Part shown: positions 1-15,119 of the stretch, piece after piece | How the letters are laid out: each line of letters starts with the position of its first letter | How positions within the stretch are numbered: position 1 is the first letter of the stretch | From: Octopus sinensis | Lineage: Eukaryota | NCBI RefSeq assembly: GCF_006345805.1 | Contig: NC_043008.1 | Location: forward strand, 6,882,001 to 6,946,000 | Length of the DNA: 64,000 nt | Direction of reading: 5' to 3' | Translations under genes and position numbers: made by a program | Notes under the pieces: generated by a model | Database searches by the model: none | Seen by the model: only the letters and a program-made list of their open reading frames with translations | What the model was told of the DNA's origin: nothing

Positions 1-475
1 TAGAAAAGAAATGGCCTTTAAGAAAACAGAGAAGAAATATCAGTGTCTTTCTTTTGTGAATGAAACTGAACAGACAACTAAGAGAAGTGGGAAGTGGGGT
101 TAGCAGCAATGGAATGTGCTCGAAAGGGAGAAGGTTTGTAGTGGGTGTGATGTCAGGCAACAACTGTTAGTAACATCACCTCCTACAGTTTGAGAGAAAT
201 AAATATAAGATGAGCGCATAAATGAAATGTTTCGTGAGGCTGTTGGTACGAGTGGAGGGGTGGGGTGGGGGAAGATGTTGTCGTTGGTGATGGTTATGTA
301 AACCGGTGCTGGTAGTTGAGTTGTTATGTAAGTAGAAAGATGAGGATTGCGGTCGGGCTGCTGATGGGGTGAGCGGAAGTGTAAAGGATGAATCATTACT
401 CGCTGCTCTACTTCTCTGAGTGAATGTTGCAGAAAAAAAAAGAAACAAAAATTGCGGGTTACATTGTTGGGTGTG

Positions 476-667
476 TCGTCATCATCATTATCATCATAAT
501 CATCGTCGTCGTCGTCATTGCAGTCAGCGACTTTGAATTCGTACTCTCCGTCGTTACCATAGTCATTATCATCATCATCATCATCATCATCGTCGTCGTC
601 GTCGTCGTCATCATCGCCGTCATCGTCATCATCATTATCATCAACATTGTTGTCGTCGTCGTCGTCT
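476..667. repeat. (ATC)n/(GTC)n microsatellite
   Basis: Direct reading. Source of the poly-I/V and poly-M/T ORFs. Confidence 0.9.
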
Positions 668-780
668 TCAACAGCAAACGGCCTCTTCGTGGCTGCTCGA
701 CCTGCTAGAAGTAGTAACTAATTCTGTCTCAAATCGTGCTAGCGATTTTGGCACCTGGCTGCCTCAACCACAACGACAAC

Positions 781-1326
781 GACCTGATGCAGTACCAGGC
801 AATGGCTCTCATGGCTTCTCATTTTTACTGATTTACATTGTTTTGTCTTGGTACAAAAGATGGGCTACAGCAAATATTCTGCTCAATACCACAGATTTGC
901 TGGTCAGTTGTTTGACCATAACCAGTTGAGCATGTCCCTTAGTAGCTGATGATATGTGCATCTCTGATCACGAGCAGAAGTAGTGGGGGAGCATCGTAGC
1001 CATGTGCTGAGAGGAATTCTTTGGGTTTGGATAATTCACCTCTGGAAACATAGGTGTTTCGTTCAACATCCTTAAACAACCCTTATTCAGGGACCTTTCG
1101 AGCAGGATGGGTTACTCGACCAGAAGAAAATTCTAACGGGGCCCCACCTGCAAGGTCATGTGCTGTTTATCTTGATATGAATCACCATGTCGCGCACATA
1201 TGGTTGAGATGCACGTGCTTAGTGTAGCCTTATTAGACGGGTAGTCGTGATGGGTATACTGGGTTTCGTATATTTTACCCCAGTGATACTTTGATGACTT
1301 GCACTGCTCTCTCACTCAATAATAAT
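781..1326 (+). repeat. Interspersed repeat ending in (AAT)n, probably a retroelement 3' UTR; diverged inverted copy at ~19366-19685
   Basis: 1030-1326 matches the reverse complement of 19366-19685 (GAAGAAAATTCTAAC.GGGCCCC, TTTATCTTGATAT, ..ACTCAATAATAAT). Confidence 0.65.
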
Positions 1327-1327
1327 A

Positions 1328-1430
1328 GTTTCAAATTTGGGCAGAAGTTGGGAAGACGATTACGTTCACCGCAGAACTCAACTGGTTCTTGTTTTATCGA
1401 GCCCAAAAGGATGAACGGCAAAGTCAACCT
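1328..1430 (-). mobile_element. SINE family A fragment
   Basis: TTTTATCGAGCCCAAAAGGATGAACGGCAAAGTCAACCT, the antisense central domain. Confidence 0.55.
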
Positions 1431-1435
1431 AGAAG

Positions 1436-1436
<1 letters not shown>

Positions 1437-1468
<32 letters not shown>

Positions 1469-1550
1469 AATCATAATAATAACAACAACAACAACAATAA
1501 TAATAATAATAATAATATTAATAATAATAATAATAATAATGATAATAATG

Positions 1551-1600
<50 letters not shown>
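1437..1600. repeat. (TTA)n/(ATA)n microsatellite
   Basis: Direct reading. Confidence 0.9.
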
Positions 1601-1601
<1 letters not shown>

Positions 1602-2169
1602 GGTATACTATCTCATATGGATGATATATTTCGGGTATTATATAAAGAGATACGTGATATCAGTAGTGAAAATAACCCGACTACTTTTAACAGAGGAAAT
1701 CATGTCTAGCAAGAAAAAAGACGTGCATTTCTTTCTATACGCTAGCGTATGTATGTTTGGGTGTGGTTGAAGATACGATAAAAACCTTGTTTGTTATTAT
1801 TTCTATCAGACGTTGGTCACTGTTATATAATAAAGATACATTTCGGGAGTGAAATTTGCATCTATAATAACTCCGGAAAAATGTTTTTGAGTTTCTCAAC
1901 TTCACATTTATTTTTTTCCACTCGAATTCTCAAATATCTTGTCTCTATCAAAAAAAAAAAAAAAAAAAGACAGCAAGGGAGAAAGAAAAAGAAAAGAAAA
2001 AAATGTGAAGGAGAATCTAATCTCCCCAAAAGAAGTCTAGGATGTGGATGTCACCTTTTTTTCTTTCTATTGGTAATGTTTTGGTGTTTATTATTTGACG
2101 ACTCTGAAATGCATTAACAGAAGAAAATTCGAAGTCTGGCAACCAGTCAAGAAACAAAGAAGAAATAAT

Positions 2170-3120
<951 letters not shown>

Positions 3121-3330
3121 GCAGTTAGGCAGATAAGAGTATAGGCAGACAGATAAAAAGATAGAAGGTGAATAGTTGGAGCATAAAACAAAAGAAAAGG
3201 GAAGTACAGGAGAAAAAGATGACATTTTGGAAAAAGTCCGATATTGTTTTGTAGATAGCACAGTTGAGTAAACTTAGAAAATGACAAGGGAAACCGACAG
3301 CTGTTTCTTATTTTGTCATTTTGATATTTA

Positions 3331-3810
3331 TTATCAATGCACACACATACAGTAAATGAACCTTCGTCGGTTTCGACGATGAGTTGTTATATCTATTGAA
3401 TTAACGCCTGAGTTAATTATATTATAATATCAATTTCAATTAGTATTTAATTAACATGTACACATGCACCCTTAATGCAAACCTGAGGCAAACGCAAAGG
3501 CCGTGTGACCAGGCTGGATATTTCATTTACAAGTTCAATCGAACGGATAGGATTATGTCCACCAAATGTCCACTGGCAAGGTTCTAATTGATTAGTGTTC
3601 ATAATAAAATAGCCAAAGGTACCATGCAGTGAAAGCGAACTTGGCGCCAAATGACTGATATTTCTTATCAATGCACACACATACGTGATACTAATAGTAA
3701 ATGGATCTTCGTCGGTTTCGACAATGAGTATTCAGTTGTTATATCTACTGAATTAATACCTGAGTTAATTAGTGTGTGATATCAATTTTAATTAGTTTGT
3801 ACACATGTAT
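3331..3810. repeat. Direct duplication of ~130 bp (~3331-3465 and ~3665-3810)
   Basis: TTATCAATGCACACACATAC..CTTCGTCGGTTTCGAC.ATGAG..GTTGTTATATCTA.TGAATTAA..CCTGAGTTAATTA appears twice. Confidence 0.7.
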
Positions 3811-5516
3811 TTAAACTTTCGACCATGCGATGCACATGTCGTGCGCACGCAGAAACAAACAAACAAACGCTCACATGCACACACGTGCACAGGTACACAC
3901 ACACAAACACATTTTTACACACGTATACGAACACTCTTTCTGGTAGCACTTTGATATAAGAAAAAAAGAACCTCTCGATATATTACCGATAATCGGTAGT
4001 AACTTGAGGAAGAATTGATGAGAAACAGAGTCACTGGTATGACACGAACTCGATATTCTTGGTTCAACAATTGATTAGATGAGCAATTAGACGACATAGT
4101 GCTGGTCGTTCCGTCTCACACAAAATATTAGCATATCAATTGTATGGAACAATAAATACTTTGAATAGTCGCAGTGGATCTGTTTTAATTTTCTGACTCA
4201 AATTGACGCTTCTTATGCGTAATATCATTTACATTAGGTTGATGGCTGTTAATTCAGAGTAAAAGCTGTTTGGTCCGTCATTTATGGAAGATGAACAGCG
4301 TTACTCTAAACCTGAGATATTTCTTCTCGCGACAACTAACAAGATAAATTTCATGTTTGTTTTACCGTGATAAATTATGATGAGGAGGCGAAGGTTAAAA
4401 TATAATGCTTTTTAAGTGATCATGCTATCAGACACAGCATATTTTTCAAATAGAATTAATGTAAGTTTTGAATAGTATTTGAATGTTGCACAAATAACAT
4501 ATACAAACGTCATTAGTATACAAACCAGGCAAAAAAATTATATTCTACTTAACCGAATTCAGGAGACTGATTTATGGAAGTCGGGGACTTACCTGAAAAG
4601 ATAAAGAATACAAATAGAATTTATTATCATTGTTATTGTCATTTTTGTATGATTTAAACGATATATCAATGTTTTCGATAGTACTACAAACAATAATGGC
4701 AGGCATATAATAGAAAATTATAGACATTATTGAATTCTGTGATCAAAATAAAATATGATTTACTGTTTCTGATATTGCCAGGATTTGGAAGTGGCCTATA
4801 TCTATGAGATATCGTTAGTTAACCTTGTCATATGATTTATTGGAAGGAGGAATTGTTCATAGGGACATTAACAACATAAACGAAATGAAATAGCGGCAAA
4901 GGAAGAATGAAATTAGAGTAATAGAGTTATTTTCTACGTCAACTTGGCTCTTTAATCTAAGGCGCCTGCCTCATCTTCATTAATACGTCATTAGATGACA
5001 AGAACACATAAACACTGGAGCTCTGGCATAAATACGCAACTGGATTTCACTTTCCACGCGTTTTATGCTTCGTTCAAGTTCACTTTAATGCACGAGTTAG
5101 ATAAGAATCCTGTTGAAGGGCTTTTGTTTATTACCAACTGTTGTTGTCAACAGATTAAATTTATTTGCCTTTTAGTTTAAGAAAATATTGCCTTGAGAAC
5201 AGAACTAACTCCCTAATCCTAATACTCTACTTCTGGAATTGCAATTTCACACACACACACGCACGTATATATATATATATATTATATCTCTCCCAATTAT
5301 ATTTTTATAGCACGAGCTTTCTCAACCCAGAATGTAATACTAGAAACCCCACATAGAGATGTAATATATATCTCCTGCCCGTTTCAGTGATAAGTTGATG
5401 TCTATCGTTTAATGACTGCCTAGAATTTCCAGGGCCTGAAGCATCTTGAAAATACAATGTAGTTTCATAAACGGACTATATCATATTATATATACATACG
5501 TACACATGCTTACATA

Positions 5517-5741
5517 CCGTAATCCCTTGCCATATCGCGGTACACCTATCGCGGTTTATTATTTAAGCTTATGTCATTTCCTCCGTGGTGTGGTTTTCAA
5601 TTTATAATAAAATAAATATATACAAATTATAAAAACAAAACTAAAAATATACAGTACAATACTGCTTCTACTTCGCGGATTTTCACCTATCGCGGGGAGA
5701 GGTTTGAGAACGTAACACCCGCGATAATCGGGAGATTACGG
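5517..5741. mobile_element. pogo/Tigger-type MITE
   Basis: TA|CCGTAATCCCTTGCCATATCGCGG ... CCGCGATAATCGGGAGATTACGG|TA terminal inverted repeats, with internal CACCTATCGCGG repeats. Confidence 0.75.
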
Positions 5742-6080
5742 TATACCACATCAAGGTAAATTTTAGTTTGTTACCGTTTACTAGGTTCCACAACGAATCC
5801 AGTAAATTCATTTTGTGCGTACAAATGTTTCTGTATCTGTTTTCTTCTCAAATATATCTATGTAAATGTATAGTCGCGGTTATAATATAGTTCTGTGTGT
5901 ATATATACATGTGTATATATTTGTTGATGAGAGTATTTATGTGTTCGGGTGCGGGCGGATGAGTGAGCCGATATATCTCTATAATCACGTCCGTGTAACC
6001 TTTTCTGTTATTAATCTCATGTATGTTTGCATGTATATATGCTATATATGCTCTTATTCAGTTCATTTCAAGATTTCTGG

Positions 6081-6603
6081 CCAATAGAGAAAGAACCGGT
6101 TTCTAACCTAGATCAAAGGCTTCTTCACTGAAATTTCAACATCAACAACAGGGTATTTTTGCATGTATGTATGTACAGATATGTATGTATGTATGTATGA
6201 TTGTGCAGATTTGTATGTTTTATGTATGTATTCTCATGCATAGAGTTACATATCTAGACATGCTCATTTATATTCAAATGATAAATTTCTGGAAAGTTTT
6301 ACAGATTTTTACAGTTCCAGTGATGGATTAGATCTGTAGTCTTCAAATTAGCTTCCTCCTTTCTGGTTTTGAGAAGCCTTATTTCTCAAGACTGGTATTA
6401 GGCAGTGTTTTATATATCCCAGGGCCCCAATAATTACAGGTATAAACCTGAACTTGTAATCTGGATAGAGTAGGTGCAAATTTCTCAATAGTTCAGCATA
6501 GGTGTTCTCTTTTTCACTGATCTTCAGCTTTATGCTAACATCCGCTGGGCGGCTAATTTCCACGACTGTGCGCAGTTTCTCTTCTTTATCCCAAATCCTG
6601 TAT
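6081..6603 (-). mobile_element. 3' end of an R4/Dong-like (restriction-like endonuclease) non-LTR retrotransposon
   Basis: IWDKEEKLRTVVEISRPADVSIKLKISEKENTYAELLRNLHLLYPDYKFRFIPVIIGALG matches the RLE C-terminus (E..K..Y..L..P.IIGALG). After a frameshift it ends GTVKICKTF. 5'-truncated at a (GTAT)n tract. Confidence 0.8.
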
Positions 6604-6986
6604 TGTGTGTGTGTATGTATGTATGTATGTATGTATGTATGTATGTATGTATGTATGTATGTATGTGTGTGTGTGTGTGTGTGTGTGCATACGCACGTCC
6701 GTGTGTGTTCTCGTTGTTTTGAGTTTTTAAGAAAGATTTCCCCGTGAAAAAGCACGTCTGTGTTGCAGCAATATGCTTGCATGTCTGCTTGTGTGTAACC
6801 GCAGACTTTTTATTCATATTCATTGCATATATATTTGTGTGTATGAGTGCGATTGGTGCTTTAATTCTATGTTTATGGGTGTGTTACCCTGCGTGCTTTC
6901 GCATGCATTTCCATAAGCATCAGATACACAAAAATATATGCATATGTTTGCATATATATATACATATACATATATGAACACACAGA

Positions 6987-7038
<52 letters not shown>

Positions 7039-7059
7039 ATACTTATATAAACGTCCATA

Positions 7060-7096
<37 letters not shown>

Positions 7097-7137
7097 GCAT
7101 AAGTACATATATATGTACTTAAGCATGTATATATATG

Positions 7138-7168
<31 letters not shown>

Positions 7169-7247
7169 ATCACCGTATATACATATATATGTATATACGG
7201 ATACATACATATATAAATACATATATATATATATACATATATATATA

Positions 7248-7352
<105 letters not shown>

Positions 7353-7798
7353 TTATATAAACACACATATATATACATCTATATATTGTGTGGCTGCATG
7401 TATGTGTACACGCACTCATTCATGCAGCCACACAATTTTTGCGTATAGATGCACACACGAACTCCCCACACTCACAAACCTATCAAGCTAGATACATTGC
7501 AATATTGGTGGAGCCTGCGTGTGTTGGCGTGCATGTTTCGAAAGAGAAGGGATGAAGCGGTTTGGTAAAGAAATCTTACGTAATTTGACAATTGTAGGAG
7601 ATCTGAGTAATCAGAATGAAAACCTCACGATACGAACAAATAAAACAGTATCAACAACAACAACAACAACAACAGCAACAAAAACAACAACAACAACGAC
7701 GACAACATGAACAGCAAGAACAAGAACGCTGTTAAAATCATGATCACCACCCATCCTTCATCACAACAGGAGGTGAAAATACAAAGGCTATGCTATAT

Positions 7799-7835
<37 letters not shown>

Positions 7836-10610
7836 CGTATATATACACACATATATATATATATACAAATATATACATATATATATATATACATATATGT
7901 GTAGGTGTGTGTGTTTGTGTGTTGTGTGTATGCTTGTGCGTGTGAATTCCAAAGAAATAAAATTCACTGAAGCATTTTAACAATTCTTGTGTATTCATTG
8001 GAGAGGTTTTACAGTGAATTGATGCTAGGAATTAATTCTATGGGTAAAAAAAAAATATATATATAATCATCATCGTCATCATCTTCATTATCAACATCAT
8101 CATCATCGATATCATCAACATTATCATCATCACCATCGTCATCATCATCATCATCATCATCACCTTCATCTTCTGTACTGAAAGCGAGCAGTTAGGATCT
8201 AATTTACTACTTCTGTGCAGAAAATCATCATCATTAACATGATAATGATACTGATCATCCGCTCCGTACTTTCCCACTCGGCACCACCGCCACCACATGC
8301 ACCACCTCCACAATAATAACAACAACAATAATAATAATCTTTGCCGTCGTCGTCGTCGTCGTCGTCATTACTATTGAAGCCAACAGATCGAATCCATTTG
8401 AAAAGAAATAATAAAAACCGATGCAAATCTCTGTAAATTCTCGTTTTTATTCAATGGGCGGTAAAGTTAGATTAATTCCAGTTGTAATATTTCCTCATAA
8501 CAAACATTTCCAATACAAACAGATCAATAACTGGTATAATAAATAAACACAAACAAACAAACACAGAAAAAGCACGAAATAAAATATTAAAACTAAAAGA
8601 AGATAAAAAGATAGAAACGTCAGTAATGGCAGAAAACAAGGCAACACATGAAATAAAAGACACCACCCAAATAAACAAGCAAAAAATATTTACACACACA
8701 CAAACACATATATACACATATTTACACATGTAAACACATTTATATGCATGCACACGCACTCACACGTTCATCCTTTTCACATACACACAAACACTAATGT
8801 AAATTGCTCAAAATCCTTTAATTGTCGAAGAGAAATGAACGAACTCCAATGGTATAAACGTTTGCAGATAAATATCACGTTAATGGAAGCGTGGAATTGA
8901 CGTTAATACTCATCACACACGCATTAATAGGAGAATCGAGAAGAAAAGAAACTGAAATTATAATTATGAGAATTTTTATTTAAGAATTTATATAACTTTT
9001 ATTATTTTTTTAAAATAAGTTAAAGCTGGTTAAATGGAATTATGCTTAACTGGCTTTATTGTTTTAATTCAAACATCAATTATTAGTCTTCGCTCGGATA
9101 TATTCGGCAATAAATTTAGTTTGAAATTCTGTGCTTTACAGACATTGATGTAGATCGTAAAATTGTGTTTGCTACACATTAAAGACACACCGAGACAATT
9201 TTCGAAAGTGTTTGACCGTTAAATGCCCTTGATTGCTATGGAATGAATAAAAGGATGCATAGCAAGAAGGCGACTGGTTGGCAAACAGAAGACAGGACTC
9301 CACCAAAAATGCAACAACAGCAATTTCCAGTTGTCGGGAATTATATTTCAGCAGCAGATTAGTTGCTTTGGTTACTAGAATCCAAGGATTTATCTTAATA
9401 TTGATGGTGCCACACTACAGTGCGTCTGAAAATCACAAATCTAACATTTAAATTATTTACGATTTTTTTCTGCTTATTATGCGAAATTGCTTGAATTACG
9501 AGGATCGTTGCAGAAAAAAAAATACCACCAAGAAAAATACAAAATCATTTAAATTCTTTTTATTTTATATCCATTTTTAAATATTATTTTAAAATAATAA
9601 AGTAAAGGCCTTTATTTTCAGTGAGACTGAGGGTTGATTTCGTGCTTCACTGTGCTCGATCTAAATATTACTTTAATCAATTATTATAAACGCTATTTTT
9701 CCTCTAATATTTTAATACTTTATTTCCAATAATTCCAAATCATATTTTACTGGAACAACTCAGTTATACTTCTCACAACTCCGAACAAATATTACAGAAT
9801 TAAACATTTCAAAACTGGGAGTCAAAATGTAATGGTACACTGAACAGTAAGCTTCGTGTCGTCTACCGGCAATTACGAACAATCGGTATTTCTTTCCAAT
9901 AAAAGTTTGACACTTCGGATGAAAATTTAGATGCTTTACACAACAGACCGTTCAATTGGTATCTCGAGGAATGTGATAGAAATAATGATTTCAGTTATCA
10001 ACGACCATGTAGCTGTTATAATTACTTTGAATTATTAAATTCTGTTCCTTGTGGGTTTGGGCCACATTAACAACGTCGCCCTAATTTCACGTCTATTTTC
10101 ACTAAATACATAATGAATTGCTTTCTAAATTATTAAAAACTATTCACAGAGACTTGACAAAAGAAACGTTCCAATAGACCAAGCTATGGAAGTTCACCAC
10201 CATCAATAATCTCTTTGTATCTGAACTAGTTTAATCTCTATTGAAAACTTATTTACATATTTAAAGTAATAAGGAATGTGACTACGAAACATTTATTCTT
10301 TCTAAATGACATTAGCAGTAAAGTTAGATTGAATTTCTTTCAGCACAAAATTAAAATGAGTTCCACAAATTCTGTTTATAACAAACTTATATATTGAAGT
10401 CAGTGAATTATGTTATAACTTCACCCTAGCAACATACACTAAATTACAAACTCTTAATTTTTCTTAACTATTATACCTTACCAAAATACTATTATAACAA
10501 TTGTCGCCAAATTATGATGTAAAATGTCTGAAGAGTTAATATTAGCTTCGTAATTTGAACAGCGGTAGGAAAAATATAAATAACGTGAGTAATAAAAATA
10601 AAATTCATAA

Positions 10611-10682
10611 TACATACATACATACATACATACATACATACATACATACATACATACATACATACATACATACATACATACA

Positions 10683-10715
<33 letters not shown>

Positions 10716-11240
10716 GATGGCCGTCCACTCGTGACCGAGGAAAACGATTGCTGACCTTCAGGAACATTGTGCGCTCTACGACTAACTTATATTTTGCATT
10801 TGTGGTTCCGTTGGTGGCTAATGAACCTTGCTCTTGACAAGCATAAACGACTGCAAACATTGCAGACGATGTTTTCACCATTCACTACACCAGCAGTGCG
10901 ATTTCGAGCAGCACACTTAAGTTCTTCATACAGAATACGTGATCTTTCAAAAGTGTCGATCCCCTCCTTAACCTGCTTCCTCCATCTGTGGCGATGACAG
11001 GCATTGCTCTTCCAGTCAGTCTCCTGCATATCGTAGGCCTTTAATGAGAACTTGACACAGTCCTTAAATCGCAGCCTTGGTTTCTGCCAGGGCCTCTTTC
11101 CTTTCACAAGTTCCCCATATAGCATCTGCTTAGGGATCTTGCTATCGTTCATTCTAATAAGGTGTCCAGTTCAACATAACCGGCGCTTGTGCACCATCGC
11201 TTCAATACTCAAGATATCAGCTGTCCTTAGGACATACATT
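10611..11240 (-). mobile_element. 3' end of an RTE-clade LINE with a (TATG)n tail
   Basis: ORF 10787-11152 has IPKQMLYGELVKGKRPWQKPRLRFKDCVK..RWRKQVKEG..CNVCSRLCLSRARFISHQRNH, an RTE C-terminus with a C2H2 finger. A short 3' UTR runs straight into a pure (CATA)n tract at 10611-10710. Confidence 0.85.
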
Positions 11241-11247
11241 CACACAG

Positions 11248-11471
11248 TGGAGGCGCAATGGCCCAGCGGTTTCGGCAGCAGACTCGCGGTCTTAGGATCG
11301 CGGTTTCGATCCTCAGACCGGGAATTGTGAGTGTTTATTGAGTGAAAATACCTAAAGATCCACGAGGCTCCAGCATCCAGGGGATGGTGGCGAACCCTGC
11401 TGTACTCTTTCACCACAACTTTCTCTCACTCTTTCTTCCTGTTTCTCTTGTACCTGTACTTCAAAGGGCCG
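11248..11471 (+). mobile_element. tRNA-derived SINE related to family C, 3'-truncated
   Basis: GGCGCAATGGCCCAGCGGT (box A-like), GGTTTCGATCC (box B-like), ending GTACCTGTACTTCAAAGGGCCG as in family C. Confidence 0.7.
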
Positions 11472-11504
11472 TCTTCCTTTTCTCTTGGACTTTCCTCCGT
11501 CTCC

Positions 11505-11541
11505 GATTTCTGAAGAAGAGCTTTGCTCGAAACGTAAAACC
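11505..11541 (+). ncRNA. Solitary minimal hammerhead motif with canonical core, of the type associated with Penelope-like elements
   Basis: ttt-CTGAAGA-a-GAGC ttt GCTC-GAAA-CG-TA-aaa. Canonical CUGANGA and GAAA boxes, 4-bp helix II, palindromic ACGT helix III, GUA site at 11534-11536. Helix I is only ~3 bp. Confidence 0.6.
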
Positions 11542-11765
11542 ACCTTTCTTTCCTTCCCTGAGCGTCTGCTAATACTTTACATGTACCACATCCTCGCTTG
11601 CTTGTTCTTCGTTTTTGTTAGGATTTACTATACATTATTTACATTTGACGGATATTTGTCCTCAACCTTTTTTTGTTAACATAATGTTTCGGCTGATATA
11701 CCCCCCGGCGTCCAACAAGTCAAATGTAAATAATGTGCATAATTCCGCATCTCTTAAATATAGAA

Positions 11766-11804
<39 letters not shown>

Positions 11805-13517
11805 TATCCCTGAAGAAAGTCTTTGGTAGCAGGTTAAGCCAGAGACAAACATTTTCAGAAGCAAACACTAATCTCTCGATATCTTCTGCTTGTAGAGGAA
11901 CAGTAAAAAAAAATTCCCACGCACTTTTTGCCTCTCTACAAGAAAACATCAGATTCATACCGTAGTCAAAGTTGAATCAATAACCTTACTTGATGTATTT
12001 GGCACCAGATATATTCAGTGTAAACTCATTAAATTACTAATTGGATTATATCTTAGACAATTTTGACACATAATATCAACAGTGATCACAAACTCCAACT
12101 TACTGTTACTCTAAATATAATCATAACTAGTTGCACCTTTGCGCATGGCTTTCCAAAAATACAAGAACCAGCTAACATTTTTTTTAATGAGATCTGAGCC
12201 AGTTCCGTCTGCACAATCGACAGAAATAACTTCAAACGGAACTCACTGTTTTCTTTTACTTCCGATTCAACAAACATCGAAAGCAGATTCATAATTCCAA
12301 GCATTCGTTCGTAGACGAGTCTAAATAATGAAACCCTATCCACTATTTTTAAATGTAATATATCTTCAATCCCGCTCAGTATCTCTCTTCTCTCTCTCTT
12401 TCTCTTTCGCTCTCTTTCGCTCTCTTTCTCTCTCATCATCTCATTTACTCGCTCGTTCGTTTGCTAATTCATTCACTCAATTAGTCATTCCTTCACTCCC
12501 TCGCTGATACCTCCTTCCTCTACATTCTTTAATTTCTCACAAATTTTCTCTTAAATATTCTAACATTCTCTCAAGGTTTTTCACATACATTCACGTTCTC
12601 ATATACAGTGACCCCCATTTTTTTAACACTTTCTGTCTGCTGGTTTCTCTCTCTTCCACCCCCCTCTCTCTCTTTCTCGCGCATGCCCTCTCCCCTTCTC
12701 ATGTATTCAACAAACTCCTTTATGTTTCAACTCCTTATGAAATAGTTGTTTAGAATTTTTACTTTCCTCTCGAATAATAAAAACAAAATAAAAAATGAAA
12801 ATTAAAAAAAATATAGAAACTCAATCTCCGATATTTTGTTTCCATTATGAAACAAAACAGGGGGCTAGACAACAACAACATCAACAACAACAGTAGCAGG
12901 AATACTAGCGAGTTGTCAATAATGGTATTTAGCCCCGAATCTTAACGTAGTCCCGATCCTCTATCACAGATTAAAAATTCCGCCTAAGTTCATTCTAAAA
13001 CAAAGAATCTTTATTACAAGGACGCCGTTCCCTTATCTATAGTTTCAGATATCTACCAAACAAATATTTACTTACCCTCTTAGGTTAAACCTAAACGGTC
13101 CTTCTATACACTGTAGATGCCAACTCAATGAAAACACTCCTCTTACACGACTAAAATATTATACAGAATCGTCTTAATTGCGCGCAATAACAATTTCATA
13201 TTTCCTAAAAGGTTACATTTGGTTTTCTCTGATAATTTTATATAATTAACGTATATTATAACAGGAGGAATATTTCCAATTGGATCAACCTTTATAAATC
13301 GAAAATACTTTAGGTGTGGGTGGGTGAGGATAGTCTCAACCTTAATGATCTGACTGCTACAATTTAGCCAAATGTCCTTCAAATTCTCTTGGAAAATGAA
13401 GGGCGTAAGTAGATGTTTACTTGCTCTTTCTCTCTCTCACACACTGTATATTTATATACTTGTGTGTGCTTGAGTGCGTATGTATGAAAGAGTAAGCGAG
13501 AAAGAGAGAGAAGAGTT

Positions 13518-13552
<35 letters not shown>

Positions 13553-15119
13553 GGAGAGAGAGAGAGAGCGAGAGAAGAGTTAGAGAAAGCGTCTTTTAAT
13601 TTAGTTTCACCCACCACAGTTTGTTTAAGGTCGGTATTGTTTGTCCTTCATTTTTCGCAGAAGTTAAAATAAATATTAATATTAATTAAACGTTGAAATA
13701 TTAAACGCTAATCGATATTGCGATTATCTTTTAAGAAAATCTTTGCTCAGTTCCTCAGATGCATTCCTTTTCAATAAACAGAGTTAGCCGCACATCACAT
13801 GATAACGCTTCCACCAATCAGAATGAAGAGTGATATTTACGCTAGATCTGTTCTGCTTCGTTGTTTCGCCATATTATTTAAACGACTAACAATTGACGGC
13901 GAAGACAAATTTAACAAAATCATGTCAGAATTGATAGCAAAATGAGTTAGCAATCTTTAATATTTCAATCTCGGTCTTTCTTCTACAACATGAAAATCTG
14001 TAAATAGCTAAACAGCATTTTAATAAAACTATTCAATCACGAAAGCAAAGCTCCGCGCCTCAACGTAGATTTGTCTGCGAAAATTCCTATAAATATTCAT
14101 GACTCCTATGACTGATTGATTCACGAATTCAGTGACAGCAGATCGAAGCAATGATCTCGACATGCTTTCGGCATTAATAATACTACACATATATAATACT
14201 AGGTGCATGATACTAGATGTACAATAATAATATTACAATATCCTGTGCCAGGGTGATAAATTAGGAAGTTGTCTATAACACACCAGCAGACATTTTAATG
14301 GTTAACTATTGCTATCACATTCAAATCTATCTATGCGTATGTCTGTCCATCAAACTACCTGTCTGTCTATCTGTCCACCAACCTACCTGTCTATCTGTCT
14401 GTCCATCAACCTACCTGTCTGTCCGTCTGTCCGTCCACCTAACTACCTGTCTGTCTATCTACAAATCTGTCTACCTACCTATCTGTCAATCTACCTATCT
14501 GTCTACCTAAATATCTGTCTATCTATCTGCCTATCTATCCATTAGTTATATCTTTTATTCGTCCAGGGTCGGTAAAATAAAATCACAGCCGAGTAATAAA
14601 GTCCCTTCCGACGACTACCCTCTCCTCTCTCTAACGTTCTGGCCCGTGCCGCTGTGAGATGTTATTTCAATCAAGGTCCAGAGTAAAATACCCTCCATTC
14701 TTCCTTCAACACTTTGGTACCTATTCCTATAGAAATGTACTTTCACTTTCCTCTATGGAAACGGTGAAATGCTTACTAAATGCAAATAGTTGTTGGTCGA
14801 TCCAGTCAACGAATTCTTAGGTATTTAGCAATATGAATTTTAATTCTTTCATTGTTTTGTTTATGTTTCTGACCCCATGCAATTGCGATCTACAACATAA
14901 TTCATACTGGACGGAGGCTAAGAAACAGACTTGTAAAGCAATATCTACACACACTCTGTCGCATTCGCTGTCTCTCCCTCTCTCACACACAGTCACAGCC
15001 ACACACACACACACACATTGTGTGTATATATGTACATACACACACATACATATACACATACATTTCGGCCCCCCCATGCTTGCCAAACACTCGATCCGAG
15101 GTCATGCGTATGACTAAAG

